Shown one piece after another: positions 18,464 to 27,912 of a DNA stretch of 64,000 nt. Origin of the DNA: Lachnospiraceae bacterium (GTDB lineage: Bacteria > Bacillota > Clostridia > Lachnospirales > Lachnospiraceae); assembly GCA_015056795.1 (NCBI GenBank), contig SVFO01000016.1:11131-75130 (forward strand), given 5' to 3'. The notes beneath the pieces are model-generated. The model saw only the letters and a program-made list of their open reading frames with translations. It ran no database searches and was not told the origin of the DNA. Made by a program: the position numbers and the translations under genes. Each line of letters opens with the position of its first letter. Position 1 is the stretch's first letter.

Positions 18464-19492
18464 ATGAATCGAGTTGGTATTATCGGACATTTTGGATATG
18501 GATTGAACCTGTCGAATGGGCAGACCATCAAAACGGAAATTATCACTGCCGGAGTCGAAAATCATTGTGGGGAGAAAGCAATGACAATCGATGCACACGG
18601 CGGAATTAAAGCGGTCATTCCCGTGGTTTTCGGCGCAATAAAGGCACTAAAGAGCTGTAATAACGTCATTGTAATGCTGACGGAAAATGGCCTAAAGGTA
18701 TGTGTGCCGATCCTGACGGCATTTAACCGTTTCTACGGAAGAAAGCTTCATTACGTTGTCGTCGGAGGCTGGCTTCCGGAGTTTATTGCTCCGCGAAAAT
18801 TGCTGCGGGAGAAGCTGAAGAAATTTGACTGCATTTACGTCGAAACCGGGAATATGGGGAAAGCACTTGAGAAGATGGGTTTTTCCAATGTTGTCACCAT
18901 GCCAAATTGCAAGCCGCTCCATATCATTGACGAGCCCTTTGGCTACGGAATGCCATATAAGCTCTGTACGTTTTCAAGGGTTATGAAGGAAAAGGGAATA
19001 GAGGACGCGGTGGAGGCGGTAAAGTACGTGAATTCCGCGAAAAAGGAAACCGTCTTTGCATTGGACATTTTCGGTCAGGTAGACCACAATCAGACAGAAT
19101 GGTTTAATGATCTCAAGAAAACCTTTCCTGATTACGTGAAATATCGCGGCGTGGCTCCGTCTGACAGAAGTTCGGAAATTCTGAAAGATTACTTCTTTTT
19201 ATTATTTCCAACATATTATTATGGGGAGGGTTTTGCGGGTACGGTGATCGATGCATTTTCCGCCGGAGTCCCTGTCATCGCAAGCAAGTGGAAGTATAAT
19301 GAAGAAATTGTTCATGACGGGGTCAATGGTCTTGTGTTTGAAGCAAAAAACAGGCAAAGCCTCATTGAAAAGCTGGAGATGCTGATCGCAAATCCGAAGC
19401 TCAGGGATGAGATGCATAAACGATGTATGGAAGAGGCAAAACAGTATCAGCCTGAAATTGTTCTGCAAACATTATTTGGGAATCTTGTGTAG
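18464..19492 (+). CDS. GT-B fold glycosyltransferase (GT4-like)
   Basis: C-terminal EGFAGTVIDAFSAGVPVIAS...DGVNGLVF block typical of GT4. Confidence 0.8.
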   Translation: MNRVGIIGHFGYGLNLSNGQTIKTEIITAGVENHCGEKAMTIDAHGGIKAVIPVVFGAIKALKSCNNVIVMLTENGLKVCVPILTAFNRFYGRKLHYVVVGGWLPEFIAPRKLLREKLKKFDCIYVETGNMGKALEKMGFSNVVTMPNCKPLHIIDEPFGYGMPYKLCTFSRVMKEKGIEDAVEAVKYVNSAKKETVFALDIFGQVDHNQTEWFNDLKKTFPDYVKYRGVAPSDRSSEILKDYFFLLFPTYYYGEGFAGTVIDAFSAGVPVIASKWKYNEEIVHDGVNGLVFEAKNRQSLIEKLEMLIANPKLRDEMHKRCMEEAKQYQPEIVLQTLFGNLV

Positions 19493-19505
19493 ATGGAGAA
19501 GCTAA

Positions 19506-20408
19506 ATGGGAATCAGTATCTATAAGGTCAGAAAATGGGTTAAAATGCTGACCGGTAATAGCATTTCTCACGTGAACCAGGGAATTGGGAAAGTGTATTC
19601 CGTTGGCAAGGTTGAGGGATATTATAATGACCTGACGGAAAAAGTCACGAAGAGAGAAGAATTAGGAGATCGTGTTCCGATTTCAAGCGTTGACACAGGG
19701 GAAACGCTGTATTTCTCCATAGAGATATTTCAGTACGGTTTAGGAGCGTATGACATGTATCTGTTGACGAAAGAAAGCAGATACCTGCAGAAGGTCAAAG
19801 CGGCAGCCGAGTGGGGCATTCTCAACCAACGGGAGGACGGAAGCTGGGTTACCTTTTCTTATGAAAATCCGGATCACCCATACTCCTCTATGGCCCAAGG
19901 GGAAGGGATCTCCTTGCTGATCAGAAGCTATCTCGCCCTTGGTGATGAGCGTTATTTGACAGCGGTAAAAAAAGCGCTGGAATTCATGCTCAAACCATTG
20001 GAAGAAGGCGGAACAACGAAGTACGCGGGAGATGACGTATATTTTTATGAATGTACCGAGGATCCGCTGATCCTGAACGGATGGATATTTTCGTTATGGG
20101 GCGTTATGGATTACTCCAAACTGTTTCCTGAGGCGGGTGTTTCCGACTTGCTGAATCGGACTCTGAAATCGCTTGAAAAACGTCTTCCGGATTTTGATTT
20201 AGGATATTGGAGCAAATATGAGGACGGAAAAAGGATATGCAGTCCTTTTTATCACAAATTGCACGTCGCACAGTTAAATGCCATGTATGAGCTGACGGGC
20301 AGGGAAATTTACAAGGAATACGCAGTAAAATGGGACGGTTATCAAAAAAGGCGGATTAACGTCATCAAAGCATTCATCGTAAAGGCAACGCAAAAAATCT
20401 TTGAATGA
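19506..20408 (+). CDS. D-glucuronyl C5-epimerase C-terminal-domain-like protein
   Basis: YSSMAQGEGISLLIRSY..GDERYL, LILNGWIFSLWGVMDY, YWSKY and YHKLHVAQL blocks follow the C5-epimerase C-terminal domain pattern as I recall it. Confidence 0.65.
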   Translation: MGISIYKVRKWVKMLTGNSISHVNQGIGKVYSVGKVEGYYNDLTEKVTKREELGDRVPISSVDTGETLYFSIEIFQYGLGAYDMYLLTKESRYLQKVKAAAEWGILNQREDGSWVTFSYENPDHPYSSMAQGEGISLLIRSYLALGDERYLTAVKKALEFMLKPLEEGGTTKYAGDDVYFYECTEDPLILNGWIFSLWGVMDYSKLFPEAGVSDLLNRTLKSLEKRLPDFDLGYWSKYEDGKRICSPFYHKLHVAQLNAMYELTGREIYKEYAVKWDGYQKRRINVIKAFIVKATQKIFE

Positions 20409-20421
20409 AACGGGAGAAACG

Positions 20422-21417
20422 ATGGCAAAGCAGGCATTCCTGTATATAAACTATAAAAATATCGTTGTACTGAAGGATTACCTGGACATTGTCAGGCAGG
20501 CATTGGAAGATAACGGTTATGATACGCGATACGTAAAATCGCTCGATGGTATCGACAAAACCTCGATGATCGTCTTTCCCATGGCTGTCGATGCGTTTAG
20601 GTATTATTGGAAGGGTTATAAAAGAATTATATTATGGCAACAGGGCGTGACCGCAGAAGAGTCATTTCTAAGGAATCACAGTAATCTCAGATTAATGATA
20701 CTGAATGGGATAGATTGCTTTATCATGAAAAAAGCAATCTCAATCCTTTTTGTTTCAAAGGAGCTCAAAAATTATTATGAAATAAGAGCGAGACAATCCT
20801 TTGAAAGCAAATCTTACGTCATGCCATGCTTCAACGAAGAATTGGACGTTTCCGTTTTACAAAAGAAAGACTATAAAGATCCGAGCTTTGTTTACGTAGG
20901 ATCTCTTGATTTGTGGCAGTGCTTTCAGCAGACGGTTTCGCTATATACGCAGATTGAAAGAAAGATTCCCGGTTGCAGACTTAAGGTGCTGACGTTTCAA
21001 ACAGAGGAAGCAGATCGGATCCTCAGGGAAGCCGGAGCAGGAAACTATTGTGTCAAGTGTGTTCCGAAAGAGCTCGTCAGGGAAGAACTGGAAGAGTGCT
21101 CCTTTGGATTTGTTTTACGGGAGGATATCGAAGTGAATCGAGTCGCGACGCCTACCAAGATTTCCTCCTATTTGGCCGCTGGCGTGATCCCGGTCGTGAC
21201 ACGTTCCGTAAGGGACTTCGCTGCGCTTGCAAAGGGAAAAAAATGTGCCTGTATCGTAAAAGACACGACGGATATAGAAACGATCATCAGTTTCATGAAT
21301 AGCGACGTCAAAAAAGACGACGTTGCGAAAGATATCATTGATATATTCGGCAGTTATTACAACAAAGACGTTCACGTGGATCATCTATCGGAGATGTTGA
21401 GGTTATGCTTAAAATAA
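20422..21417 (+). CDS. Putative GT-B fold glycosyltransferase
   Basis: C-terminal half resembles the GT1/GT4 nucleotide-sugar-binding half (FVYVGSLDLWQ..., PTKISSYLAAGVIPVV). ATG at 20422 has GGGAGA upstream. Confidence 0.45.
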   Translation: MAKQAFLYINYKNIVVLKDYLDIVRQALEDNGYDTRYVKSLDGIDKTSMIVFPMAVDAFRYYWKGYKRIILWQQGVTAEESFLRNHSNLRLMILNGIDCFIMKKAISILFVSKELKNYYEIRARQSFESKSYVMPCFNEELDVSVLQKKDYKDPSFVYVGSLDLWQCFQQTVSLYTQIERKIPGCRLKVLTFQTEEADRILREAGAGNYCVKCVPKELVREELEECSFGFVLREDIEVNRVATPTKISSYLAAGVIPVVTRSVRDFAALAKGKKCACIVKDTTDIETIISFMNSDVKKDDVAKDIIDIFGSYYNKDVHVDHLSEMLRLCLK

Positions 21418-22622
21418 GTGAATATGGCAAAGTCAGTTCCGCCGACGTTCTTGTTGCAATGCTTGCGTTACTGCCGATCACCGGACCTTATAGTCTGCCT
21501 TTTGTCGGTATCGCATTGCCGGACGCCATAGCTTTATTTATGGTGGGATTTTCTTTGCTGAAAAAAAGATGCTTGATACTTTATAAGGATTTAGTTTACC
21601 TATTGGGCCTGCTCGTGCTCGGCGGAGCAGTCGGGACCGTAATTGCGATGACGTCAGGCCCGGTTAACATTGTGCTGGCCGTCAAGGTTTTCATTGTTTT
21701 TATCTTATACATGATCATGGGAAGTAGTTTCTGGAGCCAAATAGAAGGAGAACGGTTTATATCAGTTGCCGTGACCATAGGCGTGGTTGCTGCCATTCTC
21801 TGCATCCTTCAATTTGTATTTGTATCAATTGGCTTTACAAATTTTTATTCCGGGAAACTACCATTGCCGATAAATAAGTATAGCATGTTCGGTTCACTTA
21901 TCGATATTACGGGTACGGTTCGTGCACATTCTTTTTTTGAGGAACCATCCTATTTGGCGATTTATGAGATCCCCGTTGCCGCATATTGCTTACAGAAAGG
22001 GAAATACGTTCAACTCGCGATCGTCGTTTCTTCATGCCTGCTTTCAGCGACGCTGTTAGGGCTTGCAGGGCTTTTTGTTGTTTTCATTTCTTCCGTTTGT
22101 TTCAGTCAAATGAAAATGGCCAACAAAATCAAACTCTTTTTTGTCGCGGCGATGGCTGTTATGATTATCCTTCTTCTGGCGAACTATAATGAAAACGTAG
22201 GCACGCTATTTAAGTATTACACCAAAAGATTGTTGAACGTATTTGATTTTTCCCGCGATACCTCATCATCCTCTCAAAGGATTATCGGCAATCTGTTTTT
22301 GTTTGAACGGTATGGTTTAGGGAATCAGTTGCTAGGCGTCGGAGTCAATCAATACCCCGTATATTTTAACTTGGCAACGGACTATTCGAATGATTTCGTT
22401 ACAACACTACTGAATTATGGCATATTTGGCGTGATCATTTTGATCGGTTGGATCATCAATCTTTTCAGAAAAGGAGGAAAAGAGGGTTTCGTTTATATTG
22501 CTTTTTTCCTGTTTGTTTTGATGTTCGATCATATATGGTTCAATGAGTATTTCTTCTATCTGCTGACATGGGTATATTTGTTTTCAAAGAAGAAGTCGGG
22601 GACGATCGAATTAAGAGTATAA
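21405..22622 (+). CDS. O-antigen polymerase/ligase-like (Wzy_C-type) polytopic membrane protein
   Basis: About 10 TM helices with one larger loop (SFFEEPSYLAIYE). Located inside the glycan locus; overlaps the upstream gene by 13 nt. Confidence 0.55.
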   Translation: MLKISEYGKVSSADVLVAMLALLPITGPYSLPFVGIALPDAIALFMVGFSLLKKRCLILYKDLVYLLGLLVLGGAVGTVIAMTSGPVNIVLAVKVFIVFILYMIMGSSFWSQIEGERFISVAVTIGVVAAILCILQFVFVSIGFTNFYSGKLPLPINKYSMFGSLIDITGTVRAHSFFEEPSYLAIYEIPVAAYCLQKGKYVQLAIVVSSCLLSATLLGLAGLFVVFISSVCFSQMKMANKIKLFFVAAMAVMIILLLANYNENVGTLFKYYTKRLLNVFDFSRDTSSSSQRIIGNLFLFERYGLGNQLLGVGVNQYPVYFNLATDYSNDFVTTLLNYGIFGVIILIGWIINLFRKGGKEGFVYIAFFLFVLMFDHIWFNEYFFYLLTWVYLFSKKKSGTIELRV

Positions 22623-22669
22623 TCGGAAAACCGCACGAAGAATCAATCTACAATGCGAGGATATTGTCC

Positions 22670-23671
22670 ATGCTTAGGGATACGGCGTTGGTTTCAATCG
22701 TTATTCCTGCCTACAATTGTCAGGATAAGATTTTACATACAATTAAATCTGTTTCAGGGCAATCATACGGTAATGTTGAAATGATTCTCTGTGATGATGG
22801 CTCGGCGGATCTCACTCTGTCCATTGCCAGAGAAGAGGCTTGTAAAGACCACAGGATCATTATCGTGAGCGATTCCAATCATGGTCCGGCTCATGCACGG
22901 AACGAGGGCATCAAGAGAGCACGTGGGAAGTACCTCGTGTTTGTCGATTCAGATGATTCCGTATCGGAGCATTATATTTCAGATATGCTGGAATTGGCGG
23001 AAGACAATGATTGCGATCTTGTGATCTCCGGATACAGGCGACGTTATGCCGATGGATCCGAACAGACTGTCCTTCCCCCGCCCGGCGTTTACGCAGCAGA
23101 CCGCTTTCCGGTGATTTTCGGTGAGCTGTTCAGAAAGAGCCTGATCCAGGGACCATGCTGGAAGATGTTCAGGATGGATGTCGTCAAAGAAAATCACGTG
23201 AGGTTCAGGGAAGATTGGAGGCTGGGCGAGGATGCCTGGTTCGTCTATTCTTATCTGGAACATGTCAAAAAGGCGGCTTTGGTCGATAAGGCGAACTATT
23301 CCTATACCATTCATGATAATGATAGCCTGAGCCGGGCTCCGACCATGGAAAAAATCGTCAACAACATTGCACTTACGAAAAAGCTTCTCACAGTTCAAGC
23401 CTTTGAATCGGCTTATGACTGCTTTGGGGAAGGCTTGTGCGGGAACTATACGGATTTTTGCGAAGGAATCCTTCGGGCAAAGCTTTCTTTCAACGAAAGG
23501 CTCTGCCAAATCAAAGCGGCCAACGACCATGTGCGCCGGTTCAAATGGTTTTTTGAATACAGGGAAAAGCATGCCGTCAGAATGCTTTACAGATTCCTGA
23601 TAAAACACAATTTCGCGGCAGCGATCTGTTTGCTGACATTTGCCCGTTTGAAAATCAAAAGGGTTCTATGA
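22670..23671 (+). CDS. Family 2 glycosyltransferase
   Basis: VSIVIPAYNCQDKI ... CDDGSAD ... FVDSDD. The ATG at 22670 avoids the 55-nt overlap implied by the ORF-track start. Confidence 0.8.
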   Translation: MLRDTALVSIVIPAYNCQDKILHTIKSVSGQSYGNVEMILCDDGSADLTLSIAREEACKDHRIIIVSDSNHGPAHARNEGIKRARGKYLVFVDSDDSVSEHYISDMLELAEDNDCDLVISGYRRRYADGSEQTVLPPPGVYAADRFPVIFGELFRKSLIQGPCWKMFRMDVVKENHVRFREDWRLGEDAWFVYSYLEHVKKAALVDKANYSYTIHDNDSLSRAPTMEKIVNNIALTKKLLTVQAFESAYDCFGEGLCGNYTDFCEGILRAKLSFNERLCQIKAANDHVRRFKWFFEYREKHAVRMLYRFLIKHNFAAAICLLTFARLKIKRVL

Positions 23672-23698
23672 ATCGGATAAGGAATTTTCATTATGATA

Positions 23699-24131
23699 CT
23701 AATCCAAATCTAAATTCTTGTAAAAGTCAAAAGAATATGTTACAATGAAAGATGAAGCGTTTTTGGATAACAGAAGCAGAGTACGAAGCAATCAAGGCTA
23801 AGGAAGCAACGATAAAAGACAAGAAGATCAGTCGTCGGCTGCAAGTGCTCATGTTAAGGCATGAGGGGAAGAAACTGGCAGAACTGTCGAAGCAGTATCC
23901 GGAGGATCTGATTCTCCTGGTGTGTGACGGTGCGGCATGGCACGGGTCGAAATTCCTGGCCTGCCCCAGTAATATACGCCTGTTGCCCATTCCGCCTTAC
24001 ACGCCTGAAATGAATCCCATCGAACAAATCTGGAAGCAGCTTCGCTCGATGGGATTCAGAAACAAGGTAGAAATAGTTAAGAGTATTACAGGCCACAAGT
24101 GGATTATTGAATGTTTTTAGATTTGATTTAG
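23699..24131. mobile_element. Internally deleted IS630/Tc1-mariner-family element (MITE-like, about 433 bp)
   Basis: Terminal inverted repeats CTAATCCAAATCTAAA (23699-) / TTTAGATTTGATTTAG (-24131). A TA dinucleotide flanks each end (23697-98, 24132-33). Encloses a fused transposase remnant. Confidence 0.75.
23752..24120 (+). pseudogene. IS630-family transposase remnant (HTH N-terminus fused to the C-terminal DDE segment)
   Basis: ISRRLQVLMLRHEGKKLAEL (HTH) is joined directly to LVCDGAAWHGSK...LPPYTPEMNPIEQIW. The central roughly 200 aa of a full transposase are missing. Confidence 0.75.
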
Positions 24132-24132
24132 T

Positions 24133-25041
24133 ATGAATAACAACCCGCTGATTTCCATTATCATTCCGCATTACAACACACCCGCGCTATTGAAGCGGCT
24201 CTTGGATTCCATTGGCTTCCATGAGGACGTTCAAATCATCGTGATCGATGACAATTCCACGAAAGACATTTCCTTGTACCAGGCGGTTCAGAAGGAATAC
24301 CAATCGGATCATACGATTTTCCTAAAGAATGATTCCGGAAAAAAGGGGGCCGGAGCCGCGAGAAATATTGGGCTGGAATATGCGGAAGGGCAATGGGTCA
24401 TGTTTGCCGATTCCGATGATGCTTTTCTCGAAACATGGTATGACACCGTCCTTCCCTTCACGGGGATGGCGTATGACGCCGTTTATTTTGCCCCGAAGAG
24501 CGTTTCGCTGGACGGCGTAAATCCGTCGGAAAGAGGGGCTTACTTAACCGATCTGTGCGCTTCCTATCTTTCCGGCGATAACAGCGTCAGCGAGATGGAT
24601 GTGCGCAGCAAGTTTTCGGTTCCCTGGTCCAAGCTGATCCGGCATCAGCTGATCCGGGAACACCATATTCGATTCGATCCGGTGATGCACGCCAATGACG
24701 TGATGTTTTCCTCCAAGGTTGGCTGCTTCGCAAAGACAATCCAGGTCGTAAGCGACCCGATCTATTGCCTGTGCGACACTTCTTCATCCTTAACAGCAAA
24801 TGTCAGCGAAAAAGCCTTTTATGTACGCACAGAAGTATTTTGCGATTATTACCGATTCTGGTCTTCCCATGGGCTGTATTTTGACGCTCAGCCGCTGGAG
24901 CGGCTCCAGTATGTTTTCAAGAACTTTGGGGTCAGGTATGTTCCCAAGTATATGAGGCTGTTCCGTAAAAACGGGATTCATTTATTGACCCGGCGTATGC
25001 TGAAGCTCAGCAAAATCAGGCGGCTGATGGAAAGGCGGTGA
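24133..25041 (+). CDS. Family 2 glycosyltransferase
   Basis: ISIIIPHYNTPALL ... IDDNSTKD ... FADSDD. The start codon abuts the IS remnant end. Confidence 0.8.
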   Translation: MNNNPLISIIIPHYNTPALLKRLLDSIGFHEDVQIIVIDDNSTKDISLYQAVQKEYQSDHTIFLKNDSGKKGAGAARNIGLEYAEGQWVMFADSDDAFLETWYDTVLPFTGMAYDAVYFAPKSVSLDGVNPSERGAYLTDLCASYLSGDNSVSEMDVRSKFSVPWSKLIRHQLIREHHIRFDPVMHANDVMFSSKVGCFAKTIQVVSDPIYCLCDTSSSLTANVSEKAFYVRTEVFCDYYRFWSSHGLYFDAQPLERLQYVFKNFGVRYVPKYMRLFRKNGIHLLTRRMLKLSKIRRLMERR

Positions 25042-25907
25042 TTTCCGTGGCTTTGGATAAAGAGGCAAAAACCGAGACCGTCACAGGGATCATTACGACT
25101 TTTCGGAGAGAGGCCGCCGTTGTAGAGCATGCGATCAGCAGTATGCTCGCACAGACATATCCTCTGCTGGAAATCATCGTTGTGGACGACAATGTAAATG
25201 AGAGCCGCCTTTGTTCCCAAATTCAGGATATGTGCGGCAAATACCGGAATGTAATCTATATCAAGCAGGACGGAAACAAAGGGGCGTGTGCCGCCAGAAA
25301 CTTAGGAATTGAACATGCGCGTGGAGAATATCTGGCCTTTCTCGACGACGATGACCGCTGGCTTCCAGAGAAAATTGAGAAACAGCGGCAGGCTTTCCGG
25401 CAGGCGGACGATTCTGTTGGCCTTGTTTATTGCTGCGGAACTCTGCTGGATGAGAATACAAATGTTGAGAGCGATTACTATACCAACAGTCATTTTTTGA
25501 AAAATGCCCGATTTGAGGATATGCTGGAATTTGACCATGTCGGTTCCACATCCAACCCCCTGATTCGAAAGTGCTGTTTTGAGGCGGTCGGCGGATTTTG
25601 GGTGGAACAGCCCGCGCGGCAGGACTATGAGATGTGGCTTAGGATCTCAAAGCAGTTTGGAATGATCGGGGTTTCGGAAAAACTTTTTGTCCATGTCATT
25701 CATTCCGGGGAACAGATATCCAAGAATAAAGCCCGTGCGCAAAAAGGATATATCAACATTTATAAGCGATACAAAGAAGCATACAGGAAAAACCCGAGCG
25801 CGATGTATTACATTTTGAATTGTATTACCGGAACCAGGGATTCCAATTCCATATCCAATATAAAATACATCATTCTGCGCAGGCTGGCTGAATTGCGCAA
25901 CAAATAA
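25038..25907 (+). CDS. Family 2 glycosyltransferase
   Basis: VDDNVNES ... FLDDDD. GTGA start/stop overlap with the upstream GT2. Confidence 0.8.
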   Translation: MISVALDKEAKTETVTGIITTFRREAAVVEHAISSMLAQTYPLLEIIVVDDNVNESRLCSQIQDMCGKYRNVIYIKQDGNKGACAARNLGIEHARGEYLAFLDDDDRWLPEKIEKQRQAFRQADDSVGLVYCCGTLLDENTNVESDYYTNSHFLKNARFEDMLEFDHVGSTSNPLIRKCCFEAVGGFWVEQPARQDYEMWLRISKQFGMIGVSEKLFVHVIHSGEQISKNKARAQKGYINIYKRYKEAYRKNPSAMYYILNCITGTRDSNSISNIKYIILRRLAELRNK

Positions 25908-25932
25908 TCCTTTCTGATGAGGTACAAACACG

Positions 25933-26802
25933 ATGAATGAAGCCAAAGCGTTCAAAATAAGCATTACGTCCGAGCACAGGCTGTTTGATCTCCACCTGAA
26001 GGAGACGTTCCAATACCGGGATCTGATCTTTCTCTTTGTGAAGCGGGACTTCACCGCGTTTTACAAGCAGACGATCCTCGGCCCGCTGTGGGCGGTCATC
26101 CAGCCGCTGCTGACAACGGTGGTATTTACCGTCATCTTCGGGAATCTGGCAAAGCTGACGACCGCGGATGTGCCAGGGGATTTTATTATCCCTTCCTTCC
26201 TGTTTTATATGGCGGGAAACATCTGCTGGAGCTATTTCTCCACAACGCTCCAGGCTACCTCAAACACCTTCCTGAATAACCGCAACATTATGGGCAAGGT
26301 CTATTATCCTCGCCTTGTTTCTCCCATCGCAACGTCTTTATCCAATCTGATCGCCTTCGGCATCCAGCTTTTTCTGCTTCTGGCAATTTGGGCGTACTAT
26401 CTCATCAAAGGCGGTACGTCCATCCAGGTGACGCCGATGCTGGCCCTGCTGCCGCTGCTGGCGATCCAGATGATGATCGTGGCGGTGGGCTTCGGCATCA
26501 TCATCTCCTCCGTCACCACCAAATACCGCGATCTGGCGATGCTGGTGGGTTTTGGCCTCCAGCTCTGGCACTACGCCTGCCCGGTGGCTTACGGTTTGCA
26601 GCTTGTGCCGGAGAATTGGATGGCGGTTTATATGCTCAATCCTGTCACACCGATCATTACTACCTTTCGATATGCTGTATTCGGGTTCGGATATTTTGAC
26701 CTGGTGTACTATCTGATCAGCTGGGCGATCAGTCTGTTGGTGTTTTTCTTTGGATTGATCTTATTCAGCCGCATAGAACGCACATTTTTGGATACGATTT
26801 GA
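25933..26802 (+). CDS. ABC-2 type polysaccharide/teichoic-acid export permease (Wzm/TagG-like)
   Basis: 6 TM helices and an N-terminal YRDLIFLFVKRDFTAFYKQTILGPLWAVIQPL signature. Confidence 0.85.
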   Translation: MNEAKAFKISITSEHRLFDLHLKETFQYRDLIFLFVKRDFTAFYKQTILGPLWAVIQPLLTTVVFTVIFGNLAKLTTADVPGDFIIPSFLFYMAGNICWSYFSTTLQATSNTFLNNRNIMGKVYYPRLVSPIATSLSNLIAFGIQLFLLLAIWAYYLIKGGTSIQVTPMLALLPLLAIQMMIVAVGFGIIISSVTTKYRDLAMLVGFGLQLWHYACPVAYGLQLVPENWMAVYMLNPVTPIITTFRYAVFGFGYFDLVYYLISWAISLLVFFFGLILFSRIERTFLDTI

Positions 26803-26816
26803 GGAGGATACAGAGA

Positions 26817-27878
26817 ATGAAGCCTTTGCCCAAGGTTTCCGTAATCATTCCGGTCTATAACACTGAAAAATATCTGCGCGAATGTCTGAACAGCGTTGTC
26901 GATCAGACATTGCGAGACATTGAGATCATCTGCATTGACGACGGTTCGACGGATGAATCCCCTCGCATCCTTGAGATGTATTCCGAACAGGATAAGAGAA
27001 TTTGCCTTATACGCCAGCCAAACAGTGGTTCCGGCACCGCCAGAAACAAAGGGATTCTGACCGCAAAAGGTGAGTATATTGCCTTTATGGATGCCGATGA
27101 TCTGTATCCCGAGCGCACAACACTGGAAAGGCTGTATCAAACTGCAACTGAAAATGATGTAAATATCTGCGGGGGGTCTTTGTATAGATTACAAAATGGT
27201 GTCTTAATCAAAAGATTTTCGGATTTGTACAGTGGGTATATCTTCCGTGAAGAAGGAGAAATCCTCTATAAAGACTATCAGTTTGAATATGGATACTATC
27301 GTTTTATATTCAAGCGCACATTCCTGCTTGACCACCATATTCTGTTTCCTGACTATCTGAGATTTCAGGATCCTCCCTTTTTTGTGAGGGCGATGATCGC
27401 CGCTCAGCGCTTTTATGCGATCCCCGATGTGACCTATCTGTATCGACAGCATGACAGCCATTTTACTGCGAACGAAAAAAAGGTGACGGATGCAATTTTG
27501 GGCATTACAGAAGTGATTCAGCTCGCAAAAGAGAATGATCTACAAAAACTGTATGAAACGATGGTCAACAGATGCTGCGGCGATTATTGGTTCCCGATGC
27601 TGACCACCGCTGAACGCTTTGAAAACGAAGACGCTCACAAAGCCTTGAAGAAATTGAATGAATCCATAGATCTGAATCGTTTCTATGGGATAGACAGCGA
27701 AATATACAAGCTGCACCTTATTGTACGTCAAACTGACTCCGACAAAGTCCGCTTGTCGGCCTCTTATCGAACCGGACATGTCGTGACCTGGATTCCGCGC
27801 TTGATGGTAAGCGCATACTGCGCTTTCCGGAATAATATATTGCGGAAGCACCACGGAAAGAAACAGGGCGGAAAGTGA
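26817..27878 (+). CDS. Family 2 glycosyltransferase
   Basis: VSVIIPVYNTEKYL ... IDDGSTDES ... FMDADD. ATG at 26817 follows GAGGAGG. Confidence 0.8.
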   Translation: MKPLPKVSVIIPVYNTEKYLRECLNSVVDQTLRDIEIICIDDGSTDESPRILEMYSEQDKRICLIRQPNSGSGTARNKGILTAKGEYIAFMDADDLYPERTTLERLYQTATENDVNICGGSLYRLQNGVLIKRFSDLYSGYIFREEGEILYKDYQFEYGYYRFIFKRTFLLDHHILFPDYLRFQDPPFFVRAMIAAQRFYAIPDVTYLYRQHDSHFTANEKKVTDAILGITEVIQLAKENDLQKLYETMVNRCCGDYWFPMLTTAERFENEDAHKALKKLNESIDLNRFYGIDSEIYKLHLIVRQTDSDKVRLSASYRTGHVVTWIPRLMVSAYCAFRNNILRKHHGKKQGGK

Positions 27879-27912
27879 TAAAAACGTCCGCTCCACAAGA
27901 GAGGAACTGAAG

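Noticed and set aside
23854-24171. 105-aa minus-strand ORF across the IS630 relic
   Set aside because: It is antisense to the recognisable transposase remnant and runs through the inverted repeat into the next gene's start. No SD.
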